A DNA stretch of 64,000 nucleotides from Candidatus Latescibacterota bacterium (GTDB lineage Bacteria; Latescibacterota; UBA2968; GCA-2709665): assembly GCA_965219995.1 (NCBI GenBank), contig CBDCOX010000002.1:1792001-1856000 (forward strand), written 5' to 3'. The notes beneath the pieces were generated by a model that saw only the letters and a list, made by a program, of their open reading frames with translations, had not been told where the DNA came from and did no database searches. Below, in pieces: positions 28,341 through 38,140 of this stretch (positions are counted from its first letter, which is position 1; each line of letters begins with the position of its first letter). The position numbers and the translations under genes are program-made.

Positions 28341-29597
28341 TCACCTTGCATTTCCGGGCGTCAAATCATCGGCATGTTCTCTCACCTTTTCGAACGCCAG
28401 GCAGATCTCGTTCATCCTTTTCTCGGGTGCAAGCAAAACCCGCTGGGACAGCCAGATCCGGTCTGAGCAGGCCTTCTCCGCGTTCGGCAGATGCATGCTC
28501 CGGTAATCCGGCGCGTCATCCGCCACGGTCCAGGGGAAGGGCCTGTACGAACCGGCCATCCAGTCGGTCTGAAAGACGGGGTTCCGGTATACCGGCTCGG
28601 CATAGCCTCCGCTGGCGGGCACCCCTTCGGCCCGGAGCGCCTGCAGGAACCGCTCCCTGGATACGCCTGGGAATTTGTCCGGCGCGTACCGGGCGCTGTA
28701 GACGTGCCAGCTCGCCCGGGTTGCTTCAGCCAGCCGCCTGACCGGCTCGATTCCCTCGACCCGCGACAGCGTTCGACTCAGCATGGCTGCATTCTGCTCG
28801 CGGATTTCCGTCTGTTGTCGGAGCCTCTTCAGCTGGCACAGCAGAATCGCAGCCGTGAAGTCGGTCATGCGATGGTTGCCTCCCCAGCGGACCCGTTCCG
28901 GCGCCCGATCGAACCGGGAACGCCCCGAATTGATTACGCACCCCATCCGGTCGGCGACCTCTTCGTCGTTCGTCAGCGCGATACCACCCTCTCCGGAGGT
29001 CATATTCTTGCTCTGTTGAAAACTGAATCCCGACGCCAGACCCCAGCTGCCCAGGCCCTTTTCCATATACGCCGCCCCCCAGCCGTGGCAGGCGTCTTCC
29101 AGAACGACCAGATTGTGCCGGTCCGCGATGGTCCGGATGCGCGCCATATCGCATGCCAGCCCGCCGAAGTGCACGACCATGACCGCCTTCGTCCGGGGCG
29201 TGATGGCAGACTCGATCGCATCGGGGTCGATATTGTCGGTATCCGGCGCGATGTCCGCGAAGGTCACGGTCGCACCGGCAGCCAGAATGCCCATACACGT
29301 GCCGTGAAACGTGAACGGACTGGTGATCACCTCGTCGCCCACCCCGATCTCCGCGCCCCGGCATGCGGCCTCCAGCGCGTTCGTGCCCCCGCTGCATACC
29401 AGTCCGTACCTGGCGTCCTGAAAGCGGGCGAACGCTTCTTCCAGTTCCCGGCACTTCGGACCGGAGTTCCAGTTCCGGCCGCGCAATACGTCCAGCAGCA
29501 TGGCCTCTTCGGTCGCGTCGAATTGCGGCCAGGGTTCCGCGACTTCACCAGTGACTGCGGGCTCTCCACCCAACAATGCAAGCCGGCCGGACATCAT
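28341..29597 (-). CDS. DegT/DnrJ/EryC1/StrS PLP aminotransferase
   Basis: GDEVITSPFTF, VHFGG, EDACH, FSFQQSKNMTSGEGG. Confidence 0.92.
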   Translation of the reverse strand: MMSGRLALLGGEPAVTGEVAEPWPQFDATEEAMLLDVLRGRNWNSGPKCRELEEAFARFQDARYGLVCSGGTNALEAACRGAEIGVGDEVITSPFTFHGTCMGILAAGATVTFADIAPDTDNIDPDAIESAITPRTKAVMVVHFGGLACDMARIRTIADRHNLVVLEDACHGWGAAYMEKGLGSWGLASGFSFQQSKNMTSGEGGIALTNDEEVADRMGCVINSGRSRFDRAPERVRWGGNHRMTDFTAAILLCQLKRLRQQTEIREQNAAMLSRTLSRVEGIEPVRRLAEATRASWHVYSARYAPDKFPGVSRERFLQALRAEGVPASGGYAEPVYRNPVFQTDWMAGSYRPFPWTVADDAPDYRSMHLPNAEKACSDRIWLSQRVLLAPEKRMNEICLAFEKVREHADDLTPGNAR

Positions 29598-29698
29598 GCG
29601 CCTTTCAGATGGGAGAATTCGACGTTGCATGCCGGACAAAGCGGAAGTACATTTCCGAATCCGGGAACAGCGATTCAACTTGCGAACGGAGTCAAGTG

Positions 29699-30322
29699 AT
29701 GAGAGTCCAGATCAGCAGCCGGTCCACGCCGTACGAATACCACTCGCCAAACGGGCATGTACTCTTCAGCATGGAAGAAGCCGTACTTTCATACGAGCGC
29801 TTCGACGGCCGGATGAGCCCTCCGGTCAAACGCGCGAACTTCAACCGGAGCGACAGCGTTTCGGTCCTGCTCTACGCGTGGGAGACCGACGAAATCGTCC
29901 TCGTCGAGCAATTCCGTTACCCCGCGCACGCAAGATGTCCCGAATCGGAACGGGGTGGCAAAGGCTGGATCCTGGAAACCGTTGCCGGCATCAAGGATGC
30001 CCGCGGGCCAGACGTGGCCAGACGCGAACTGCTCGAAGAAACAGGATTCGCGCTCACCGGCGATCTCGAGCACCTCACCACGGCTTACGTCAGCCCGGGC
30101 GGCACCTCCGAACGCGTCGAACTCTATCTTGCCCGCGTAAGCAAACCGGACGGCATCCGGAAGCAAGCGGGGCTTGAATCCGAAGCCGAAGACATCCGCC
30201 CGCACACCATCCCCTTCGAAGAGGCCCTTCGCATGGTCGCGGACGGACGCATCGCGGACCTGAAGACGATTGTCTCGCTCTACATGCTCAAAGAGCGGTT
30301 GGACGGCAACCGGGAAACTTAG
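29699..30322 (+). CDS. NUDIX hydrolase (ADP-ribose / GDP-mannose pyrophosphatase-like)
   Basis: LVEQFRYP, ETVAG...ARRELLEETG Nudix box, SPGG. Confidence 0.88.
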   Translation: MRVQISSRSTPYEYHSPNGHVLFSMEEAVLSYERFDGRMSPPVKRANFNRSDSVSVLLYAWETDEIVLVEQFRYPAHARCPESERGGKGWILETVAGIKDARGPDVARRELLEETGFALTGDLEHLTTAYVSPGGTSERVELYLARVSKPDGIRKQAGLESEAEDIRPHTIPFEEALRMVADGRIADLKTIVSLYMLKERLDGNRET

Positions 30323-30346
30323 GTAGCTGCCTTAAAACCCTCCGCG

Positions 30347-31774
30347 TCACAGCAGCCGCCCCTTCCGCATCCGGCCTGCCTCGGGGTACCGTTCGGCCAA
30401 CGCAGCCACGGCGCTTGCGAATCCCGCGGCCTGTTCCTCCGCCTGCCCAACGAAGCGACCGGTCTCACTCAGGATCTCCCCGATCTCCCGTGCGGAAAGC
30501 GGGATTCGAAAGTCATCTCCCAACCGCTGTGCAAGGTCGTTTTTCTCCCGACCCTCCTCGCGCATTTCCAGCGCTACGGCCACCGCGTGCTCCTTCAGGG
30601 CTTCGTGGACTCCTTCGCGTCCGGCGCCCCGCTGGACGGAAGCCATCAGCAACGTGGTCGTGGCCAGGAACGGCATATACCGGGTCAGTTCATTCCGTAT
30701 GACCGCCTCATACACGCCCATTTCGTCCAGCACGTGCAGCGTGGTCTCCAGCATGCCGTCAAACGCGAAAATGGCATCGGGCAACGCCACGCGCCGCACG
30801 ACCGAGCAGGACACGTCGCCTTCGAACCACTGGTCGCCGACCAGTCCGCCGGCCATATGGACGTATCCGCCCAGCAGCACCTGAAACCCGTTGATCCGCT
30901 CGGCGCTGCGGGTATTCATCTTGTGGGGCATGGCGGACGACCCCACCTGGCCTTTCGCGAAGCCCTCGGTCGCGATCTCGGCGCCCGCCATCAATCGCAG
31001 CGTGCGCGAGAGATTCGCGATACCCCCGCCCATCTGGTAGAGGCAACTGATTGCTTCGAAATCCAGACCCCGGGGATAGATCTGTCCCACCGCATTCAAC
31101 TCACGGCCGAACCCCAGATGCTCGCGGACCTCCTCCTGGAGGGCTTTCAGCTTCTCATGGTCGCCGTCTACGAGCGTCAGCTGGTCCAGGGACGTCCCCA
31201 CCGCGCCCTTCAGCCCCCGAAGCGGATAATTCTCCACGAGATGCTCGAATCGCCGGAACGCGTGCAGCATTTCCTCGCCGAACATGGCGAATCGCTTACC
31301 CACTGTTGTCGGCTGCGCCGCCGCATGGTGGGTGCGGCCTACGATGGGCATCGCCTTCCATTCCTGCACGCGCCCGCCCAGGCGCAACAGCACCGCGACG
31401 TACTTGGACGCCAGGTACCGCAGTGAGCGCAGCACCTGAAACTGTTCCACGTTGTCCGTCAGGTCGCGGCTGGTCATGCCCTTGTGGACGTGTTCGTGCC
31501 CGGCCAGTTCACAGAATTCCTCGATGCGCGCCTTGACGTCGTGCCGCGTCCGGACTTCCCGGCGTTGTATCGAGGCCAGGTCCACCTGGTCCGCAACCCC
31601 CTCATAGGCGCGAATTGCCTCCTCCGGCACGTCCAGTCCCAGTTTTCGCTGGGCCCGCATCACCGCGATCCAGAACCGCCGCTCCAGAACGACTCGACCC
31701 TCTTCAGACCAGATCCCCCTGATTTCCGAACTCGCGTACCGCCCGGCCAGGACGTTGGGTATACTTTCCGTCAT
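30347..31774 (-). CDS. purB: Adenylosuccinate lyase
   Basis: RYAS, TRHDVKA, HKGMTSRD, GSSAMPHKMN signature. Confidence 0.95.
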   Translation of the reverse strand: MTESIPNVLAGRYASSEIRGIWSEEGRVVLERRFWIAVMRAQRKLGLDVPEEAIRAYEGVADQVDLASIQRREVRTRHDVKARIEEFCELAGHEHVHKGMTSRDLTDNVEQFQVLRSLRYLASKYVAVLLRLGGRVQEWKAMPIVGRTHHAAAQPTTVGKRFAMFGEEMLHAFRRFEHLVENYPLRGLKGAVGTSLDQLTLVDGDHEKLKALQEEVREHLGFGRELNAVGQIYPRGLDFEAISCLYQMGGGIANLSRTLRLMAGAEIATEGFAKGQVGSSAMPHKMNTRSAERINGFQVLLGGYVHMAGGLVGDQWFEGDVSCSVVRRVALPDAIFAFDGMLETTLHVLDEMGVYEAVIRNELTRYMPFLATTTLLMASVQRGAGREGVHEALKEHAVAVALEMREEGREKNDLAQRLGDDFRIPLSAREIGEILSETGRFVGQAEEQAAGFASAVAALAERYPEAGRMRKGRLL

Positions 31775-31809
31775 GGTTTCGTCCGCCTTCGTTTCCCGGC
31801 GTTCCCCGG

Positions 31810-32865
31810 CTATGACTCGATTGCTTCGGTGCGAACCGGACGGGCCGGATCCAGCGCCATCATCTCCTTCGCGTACGCGAACAGCGCCGGCGTGCCGCCG
31901 GTATGCACAAACACGACCGTCTGCTCCGGCCCCCATCGGCCCTCACGTATATGCCGGACCATCGCCCCGAAGGCCTTGCCGGTATACACAGGATCCAGGA
32001 CCAGCGCTTCCGTACGGGCTGCGAGTACAACCGCCTCCCGGCTCGCCTCGGTCAATGTTCCGTATGCCTCGCCCGCAAAGGACCCGTAGGTCTCGAAGTC
32101 GCCTCCGGAAAAAGACAGGTCCAGGGAGAGCATCCCGGCCACCTCGTTTGCAACGCGGGCGAGGTTGGCCGCGTCTTCTTCGTCATCCTGGGGGCTCGGA
32201 CTGATCCCCACGACACGGACCGGGTCCGCCAGCGCCCGTGCGCCCACGACCAGCCCCACGTGCGTATGCACCCCCGAGCACACGTAAAGGCCGTCCGGGC
32301 GGATGTCACGTTCCCGCAACTGTTCCCACAGTTCCAGAAAACCGTCGACGTAGGAAATGCTTCGCAGGTAATACCCGTCCGTGCTGGTATTGTAGACCCT
32401 GAGACCGTCCGCCTCCAGGCGGTCGATGACCCGCTCCTTCTCATCGGGACTGTCTACGAGGTGAACCTCGGCGCCGAACAGGTGATCCAGGAGCAGGTTC
32501 CCGTTCACGGGACGGGAGTGTGCGTCCTTCCGTCCGACCATGACGGCTTTAAGCCCGAATCGCGCCGCCATCGCCGCGGTAAGGCGGGACTGATTCGACT
32601 GGGACGCCGCCCCGTGCAGCAAAACGTCGTATCCTTCCCGGATTGCCGGCGCCACCGAATATTCGAACTCCCGTACCTTATTGCCGCCGAAGGCCATGCC
32701 GGTCTGGTCCTCCCGCTTGACCCAGATGCGGGGACCTCCCAGCTTCTCCGAGAGCCTGGGACATTCCAGGAGCGGTGTGGGCAGGTCCGCCAGGGACAGA
32801 CGGGAAAAACGCGCCAGCCGTTTCTTCAACGCGCAGGCCGTAACCACGGGTTTCACGGCCGCCAT
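31810..32865 (-). CDS. D-cysteine desulfhydrase / ACC deaminase family PLP enzyme
   Basis: PTPL, WVKRED..FGGNKVR, QSN, LDPVYTGKA, FVHTGG. Confidence 0.88.
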   Translation of the reverse strand: MAAVKPVVTACALKKRLARFSRLSLADLPTPLLECPRLSEKLGGPRIWVKREDQTGMAFGGNKVREFEYSVAPAIREGYDVLLHGAASQSNQSRLTAAMAARFGLKAVMVGRKDAHSRPVNGNLLLDHLFGAEVHLVDSPDEKERVIDRLEADGLRVYNTSTDGYYLRSISYVDGFLELWEQLRERDIRPDGLYVCSGVHTHVGLVVGARALADPVRVVGISPSPQDDEEDAANLARVANEVAGMLSLDLSFSGGDFETYGSFAGEAYGTLTEASREAVVLAARTEALVLDPVYTGKAFGAMVRHIREGRWGPEQTVVFVHTGGTPALFAYAKEMMALDPARPVRTEAIES

Positions 32866-32905
32866 ACGAGCACCTTTCCTTCGCTGCTTCCAGGGCTTGA
32901 CACCA

Positions 32906-32966
32906 GTGTCCTGTCCCGAAAACACCTCACCATTCTTCCGCCGATTCATCCCGTCTCGCAGCGTTG
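32906..32966. repeat. Inverted copy of the right 61 bp of the MITE-like element
   Basis: 57/61 identity to 16745-16805 by manual alignment. Confidence 0.85.
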
Positions 32967-32978
32967 CCACGCAAACGA

Positions 32979-33007
32979 AATATAGTTTTCCGGAACTTCA
33001 GATGCAA
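32979..33007 (-). promoter_or_regulatory. Putative sigma70 promoter of the desulfhydrase-purB unit
   Basis: TTGCAT-17 bp-TATATT on the minus strand. Confidence 0.5.
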
Positions 33008-33030
33008 TGACTATCCCCGAGCAGCCATGC

Positions 33031-33059
33031 AAAACCCCGCCGGCGAAGCGCCGGCGGGG
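33031..33059 (-). terminator. Intrinsic terminator after arsC
   Basis: CCCCGCCGGCG / CGCCGGCGGGG stem plus TTTT on the minus strand. Confidence 0.75.
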
Positions 33060-33100
33060 CCGAAACCCGATACTCAGGGAGCGGGTTCCATCAGCGCCCG

Positions 33101-33451
33101 TCAAAGAATCTCCAGCACGTTCTCGGGCGGGCGGCCCAGTCTTGCCCGGCTTCCACTGACGACGATCGGCCTCTCGATCAGGATGGGCTGTCTCGTCATC
33201 GCGCGGATCAGCGCCATGCGATCGTCCGCCTTTTCTTCGAGGCGAAGCTCGCCGGTTTCATCTTCACCGGTCCGGACAAGATCCATGGGTCGGATGCCGA
33301 GCATGTCCAATATCCGGGAAAGCGTCTGCTCGTCCGGGGGCGTTTTCAGATACTCGACGATTCTCGGCTCGACACCGCGCTCCCTCAACAGTTTCAACGT
33401 CTGCCTGCTTTTGCTGCAAGCCGGATTGTGGTAGATGACGACTTCGCTCAC
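33101..33451 (-). CDS. arsC: Arsenate reductase (glutaredoxin-type ArsC family)
   Basis: IYHNPACSKSR, EYLKTPP, PILIERPIV, GRPPENV. Confidence 0.9.
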   Translation of the reverse strand: MSEVVIYHNPACSKSRQTLKLLRERGVEPRIVEYLKTPPDEQTLSRILDMLGIRPMDLVRTGEDETGELRLEEKADDRMALIRAMTRQPILIERPIVVSGSRARLGRPPENVLEIL

Positions 33452-33478
33452 GAAAGCCTCCTTGCATTCATTGCCCAA

Positions 33479-35182
33479 TCAGGGTATCACCGGCAGAACC
33501 ACCCGGGACGGCCGGCCCGCGTCGTGGAAGATTCTCTGATGCGCCGTCTGCAGATCCGTGTCACGGTAATCGTCGCCGCCGGTATTGTGGTTCCTGTCGA
33601 AGTTCGGAAAATCGCTGCTGGAAACGTCCAGCCGGATGAGATGCCCCTTTCTGAAGAGATTGCTTGTGGGATTCACCCGGATGGTGTATTCGTAGACCCG
33701 GTCCGGCTCAATCAGCGACGGATTATCGAAAGAATCCCGATACCGCGCACGAACAATGCCGTGACACAATTCCTGGGCAAATCCGTTGGGCCATACGTCG
33801 ATCAGCTTGGCGACGAAATCGGTATCGCGCGCGGATGAGGACGCGAAAAGACGTACTTCCACCGGCCCGGTCACTTCAATCGGCGCATCCAGCGGCGGCG
33901 TCATATACACCATCACGTCGCGTCGGCCGTCGAGGGCACGCTGGTCCATGGGTGCGTGTTGCCCGCCCGGGGTGTAGAGCGTCATTACCGGATCTCTCGG
34001 ATCGTACACGTACGCATCCGGAGTCTCCTCGCCCGGCGCTTCCGGAGACAGACGTCCTACGCCCGCAGGCAAGTCCGCGTGGCCCGAACTGTGCAGATAG
34101 TACGTCGTATAGAGCGTACGCTGCAGCGGCCACTCGCGTTCTCCCCGCCAGGTATTGGCCCCCATGACGAAAAGATGCAGCGGGGGCCAGTCCGAAGCCT
34201 CGCCCGGTTCCCCTTTCAGCCAGCGCGAGAACCATGCATCCGCGATTTCGTAAAAGTCCCGCACGGCTTCCGGTCCGAAATCCAACTCACCCACATGCCG
34301 GTCCAGGTCCAGGAGCGTGTGGGTCCACGGACCGACGATCATGTGTTGATTCTGCCGGGCGCGCGGACTCCCTCCGTTTTCCCGCATGCCCGTAAAGTGC
34401 TTGAATATGCCGATCTGCTGATCATACCACCCCGCCGTACCCAGCACGGGGACCTCCACGTTCGCGTGTTTGTCCTGGAAACGGAAGTGGTCCGTGGCAT
34501 GGTCTTCGAGCCACCGCTTCCAATGTCTGCCCATCCCCGGCATCACATCCTCGGGGATATCCATCAGCGGCAGATACCAGAGCCATTTGCTCCGGTCCCG
34601 GTCCTGCCACAGCCGCGACGCGTCGTCCTTTGCCCTTTCCTTCCAGGGGTGCCCGGTTCGCCGGGCAGTGTCTACCGACAGGTTGTTAATGGTCCAATCC
34701 ATCACCCGTCCGAGGCGGAGCACGCCGCTCAACTCCCTGTCCAGAAGGTTCGCGGCAATCCCGCCCGCAAGCATGGCCACCAGATTGGGCGGCCGCGTGT
34801 GCGCGAGTTCCCACTGCGTCCACCCGTCGTACGAATTTCCGAATGTACCCACCCTGCCGTCGGACCATGGCAGTGCGGCCGCCCAAGCCACCGTATCGTA
34901 GCCGTCCTCAGAATCGCGGTGATCAGCGCTGTAGAACCCGGGCTGAAACTCTCCGTCCGATGCGTACCGCCCGCGAACGTCCTGAATGACCACGACGTAT
35001 CCCCGCTCGGCCATTTTCGGGCCAATCTCAAGCTGCTTCTCTCCCCCCTTGTCGTATGGCGTCCGGCAAAGCAATACCGGAAACTTGCCCCGTATATCAG
35101 GCCGGTAGACGTCCCCGCGCAGCAACGTACCGTCACGCATTACGGCCTGAAGATCCCTTTCCTTCACCGTACGGTAAGGCAT
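33479..35182 (-). CDS. CocE/NonD family serine hydrolase
   Basis: MRDGTLL, RTPY, QDVRGRYASDG, GNSYDG nucleophile, GWYD, GPWTH. Confidence 0.92.
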   Translation of the reverse strand: MPYRTVKERDLQAVMRDGTLLRGDVYRPDIRGKFPVLLCRTPYDKGGEKQLEIGPKMAERGYVVVIQDVRGRYASDGEFQPGFYSADHRDSEDGYDTVAWAAALPWSDGRVGTFGNSYDGWTQWELAHTRPPNLVAMLAGGIAANLLDRELSGVLRLGRVMDWTINNLSVDTARRTGHPWKERAKDDASRLWQDRDRSKWLWYLPLMDIPEDVMPGMGRHWKRWLEDHATDHFRFQDKHANVEVPVLGTAGWYDQQIGIFKHFTGMRENGGSPRARQNQHMIVGPWTHTLLDLDRHVGELDFGPEAVRDFYEIADAWFSRWLKGEPGEASDWPPLHLFVMGANTWRGEREWPLQRTLYTTYYLHSSGHADLPAGVGRLSPEAPGEETPDAYVYDPRDPVMTLYTPGGQHAPMDQRALDGRRDVMVYMTPPLDAPIEVTGPVEVRLFASSSARDTDFVAKLIDVWPNGFAQELCHGIVRARYRDSFDNPSLIEPDRVYEYTIRVNPTSNLFRKGHLIRLDVSSSDFPNFDRNHNTGGDDYRDTDLQTAHQRIFHDAGRPSRVVLPVIP

Positions 35183-35252
35183 TCGCGTGTTCCCGTTCCC
35201 CGGTTCGAATGACTCGACGGTTCACGCCGGAGACCCCCTCGCGGGGCGGCAA

Positions 35253-37055
35253 TCAGTTCAATGACCAGACCAGCACGGTGGTATCCGCGGAACCGGTCAA
35301 CAACCGCAGCCCGTCCGGACTCGCCGTCAGTGCATGTACAGCCCCCTCATGCCCCGTGAACTCGGCCGGGGGAGCCGTGGATCCCGGATCCCAGACAATC
35401 ACCCTGCCATCCTGCCCCGCCAGACAAATCGACCCCGTGTCGGGAAGATAAAGGATATCCTCAACGCCGTCACCATGCGCGTACGAGCGCACCTCCCGCC
35501 CTTCCTGCAAGTCCCATTCAACCACCCACCCGTCACGGCCCGCGGAGATCACATGGCCATCCGGTCCAAAGGCCACGGACTGTACCCAGCCGCGGTGGGC
35601 GGTCGCCGTCGCGTTCAACTCTCCGGTCGCCAGATGCCAGAGCCTCACGGTGCCGTCCCGACCACCGCTCACGAGTTGCCGGGCATCCGCCGAGACCCCC
35701 AGCGCCAGTACGCCGCCCAGATGCGCTTCCAGCTTGCGTACGGCCCGTCCTGTAACGGCATCCCACACCCGGACCGACCCATCGTCGGCGGCGCTTACGA
35801 TTTCCCCGGCGCTCGCAAAGGCCACCGCCCGTACATATCCGCGGTGCCCTTCCAACGCGCGCACTTCCTTGCCGCTCGCGCTGTCCAGGACCCGTACGCT
35901 GCCGTCCTTGCATCCCGCCGCAACCAGCGCGCCGTCGGGAGAAACCGCCAGCGCGTGGACCTCTCCGCCCGGGCACCCCACCGTTTGTGTTGTCGTCCAT
36001 CCCCCCGTTTCCCACCACCGGATGGTCTTGTCCGACGATCCTGAAATCGCATGGGATCCATCGGGAGTAACGACGAGTGCCCGAACACCCGCCATGTGCC
36101 TTTCCCACTTCAGACGAGGCAGCCCCGTCTCCGCGCTGGTCTCCGCCAGCAGCCCGTCACTGCCGTGGGACAGCACCCAGTCTCCATCGGGCGAAACCCG
36201 GATTCGGTTTACATGGTTCTGATGCGGGTACCATCGCCTCCGAACCGCGGCCGCATGACGGTCCCACAGCCGGATCGACCCGTCCCTGGATCCTGTCAGA
36301 ACCTGCCGGTCGTCCCGGGCGTATGCCACGGACGGCACCGCGTGCCCCAGGTGCCCCGTATAGGTCTCCAGGCGTTCGTAATCGTACAGGCGCCACTCGT
36401 TCGACATGTGGCGCGTGCCCACCAGAAGCCGCTCTCCGTCCGCGGACAGGCACATATCGTAGCAGACGTAATCCTCGACGAAGACCTTCAGCCGGGCGCC
36501 GGTCGCCAGGTCGAAGTGGTAGACATTATTGCCGGGCTGATGGGCGACCAGCGCCGTCCGGCCATCCGGGCCGTACAGGCAGAGATCGAAGCGCTCACCG
36601 GCATCTGAAATCGCTATGCGCCGCCGGCCGGTCTTCCGGTCCCACTCCTCCACGGCGCCCGTCTTCTGGTCAAGCGTGAGCACCCGGTCCTCGTCAGGCG
36701 AATAGCGCAGGGAGACGAGCGACGTGCGTCCCGTGTCAAAGCGAACCGATTCCCGTGTTCTTTCGGCCAGGTTCCACTCACTTATCACGCCCGCTTCGTC
36801 CGCGAACAACGCCCTTGACACGTCGCGGTTCCATGCCGCGGCCGTGAGACGATGCTCCGAAACCTGTTGCCGTGCAATGCAGTTGCCCTGTATCAGATCC
36901 CATATGCAAAGGCATGCCCCCGAAAGCACGAACGCGTTCATGCCGTCGGCGGAGTAGAACATATCGGTGACCGACCCGCGCATCCGGCGGGTGCCGAGGC
37001 GCTGAACCGCGCGATCCGGCAGGGGATCGCCGAGATGGTCCTTAAGACCGTTCAT
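35253..37055 (-). CDS. WD40 repeat protein (probably two propellers)
   Basis: Many GH...SPDG...SGS.D.T(V/I)R.WD repeats. Confidence 0.9.
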   Translation of the reverse strand: MNGLKDHLGDPLPDRAVQRLGTRRMRGSVTDMFYSADGMNAFVLSGACLCIWDLIQGNCIARQQVSEHRLTAAAWNRDVSRALFADEAGVISEWNLAERTRESVRFDTGRTSLVSLRYSPDEDRVLTLDQKTGAVEEWDRKTGRRRIAISDAGERFDLCLYGPDGRTALVAHQPGNNVYHFDLATGARLKVFVEDYVCYDMCLSADGERLLVGTRHMSNEWRLYDYERLETYTGHLGHAVPSVAYARDDRQVLTGSRDGSIRLWDRHAAAVRRRWYPHQNHVNRIRVSPDGDWVLSHGSDGLLAETSAETGLPRLKWERHMAGVRALVVTPDGSHAISGSSDKTIRWWETGGWTTTQTVGCPGGEVHALAVSPDGALVAAGCKDGSVRVLDSASGKEVRALEGHRGYVRAVAFASAGEIVSAADDGSVRVWDAVTGRAVRKLEAHLGGVLALGVSADARQLVSGGRDGTVRLWHLATGELNATATAHRGWVQSVAFGPDGHVISAGRDGWVVEWDLQEGREVRSYAHGDGVEDILYLPDTGSICLAGQDGRVIVWDPGSTAPPAEFTGHEGAVHALTASPDGLRLLTGSADTTVLVWSLN

Positions 37056-38089
37056 GACTCGACCCTCTGATTCTCGACCAGTTGACCCTCAGGCCCCAGC
37101 AGATTCTGGTACGCCCGCGTATTTCCGCCGGCCCGCACGACGTTTTCGGGCAGGGGGCTGAGGCAACGGTTATGGTGAATGCGGGCATCCTGGCACGGCG
37201 CACCCCGAATCACCACGCTGCGTACGTGCTGTGCGATAAACGTGTTGTGATGGATGTCCATCCAGTCTCCTGAGATCTCGGTCGCGTCTCCCCGATCCTG
37301 CCCGCCGTGCATGTCGAACAGGTGACCGTTGGCATGATCCAGACAGATATTGTAACGGGCCTCGTAGCCGGAACCGGGCGTTCCGCTTGACGCGACATGG
37401 TGTCTGCACCAGTCAAACAGATTCGCCTCGACCAGGACGGTAGCGCCGTTGATGCTGACGCCGTAGCCCAGGCCGCCTTTCTGATTGTGGTGGATGAAGT
37501 TGTGGTGCACGTATCCCCTGGTCGCACCGTCGTCGAACCGGGTGGCTGCCACGCTGAAGCCACGGATCTCGCAATTGTCGATCTCCAGCGCGAAGTGGGA
37601 GGTGAGAATTCCGTTGGATGTATGCGCCGCCCGGTCGCGGTGGGGGTAGGGTCCCCGAAAACGCAGCCCCGTTACACGAATGCAATCCCCTTCCGTCCGC
37701 AAGAGAAAGGGCGTATCCGGCGCGTTTGAATAGACCAGACCTCCCGCCGAGCCGTCCGTGCCGCGGTCACCGGTCAGCGTCACCGCTTCCGGAATCCCGA
37801 GACCCGGCCGCCCGCTCATGTCGATCCGGACGTCAGCCGGTACGAAGACCACGTCGCCCGCCGTAGCTTCTTCAAGCGCCAGCGCCAGTTCTTCGTAACT
37901 GCGGACGGAACGGTCGCGGGTCTTGACGACGTCCGCGTAGCCATCGCCTCCGCCTATCGGATTCCCCGTGGGGTTGCATTCCGCACCGAATGTCTCCGCC
38001 GCCCGGCCCTCCCGGTTTTCTTCGTCCGCCCAACGCGCCGTACGTGCCGTGAGTATCCCCCCGCCCGACCTTCGTTCGATCAAAACCAC
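37052..38089 (-). CDS. Right-handed parallel beta-helix protein
   Basis: HHNFIHHN, GLGYGV, EANLFD..RH, FDMHG, IHHNTF; GTG start after GGAGGT. Confidence 0.75.
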   Translation of the reverse strand: MVLIERRSGGGILTARTARWADEENREGRAAETFGAECNPTGNPIGGGDGYADVVKTRDRSVRSYEELALALEEATAGDVVFVPADVRIDMSGRPGLGIPEAVTLTGDRGTDGSAGGLVYSNAPDTPFLLRTEGDCIRVTGLRFRGPYPHRDRAAHTSNGILTSHFALEIDNCEIRGFSVAATRFDDGATRGYVHHNFIHHNQKGGLGYGVSINGATVLVEANLFDWCRHHVASSGTPGSGYEARYNICLDHANGHLFDMHGGQDRGDATEISGDWMDIHHNTFIAQHVRSVVIRGAPCQDARIHHNRCLSPLPENVVRAGGNTRAYQNLLGPEGQLVENQRVES

Positions 38090-38140
38090 TGAAACACCTC
38101 CCGTCTTCAACGGTACAGGACATTCTTTGGGACAGGACAC

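Noticed and set aside
33101-33451. ArsC or other redox genes as selenoproteins
   Set aside because: The catalytic residue is an ordinary Cys codon. I noticed no in-frame UGA with a plausible downstream continuation, though I did not check every gene exhaustively.
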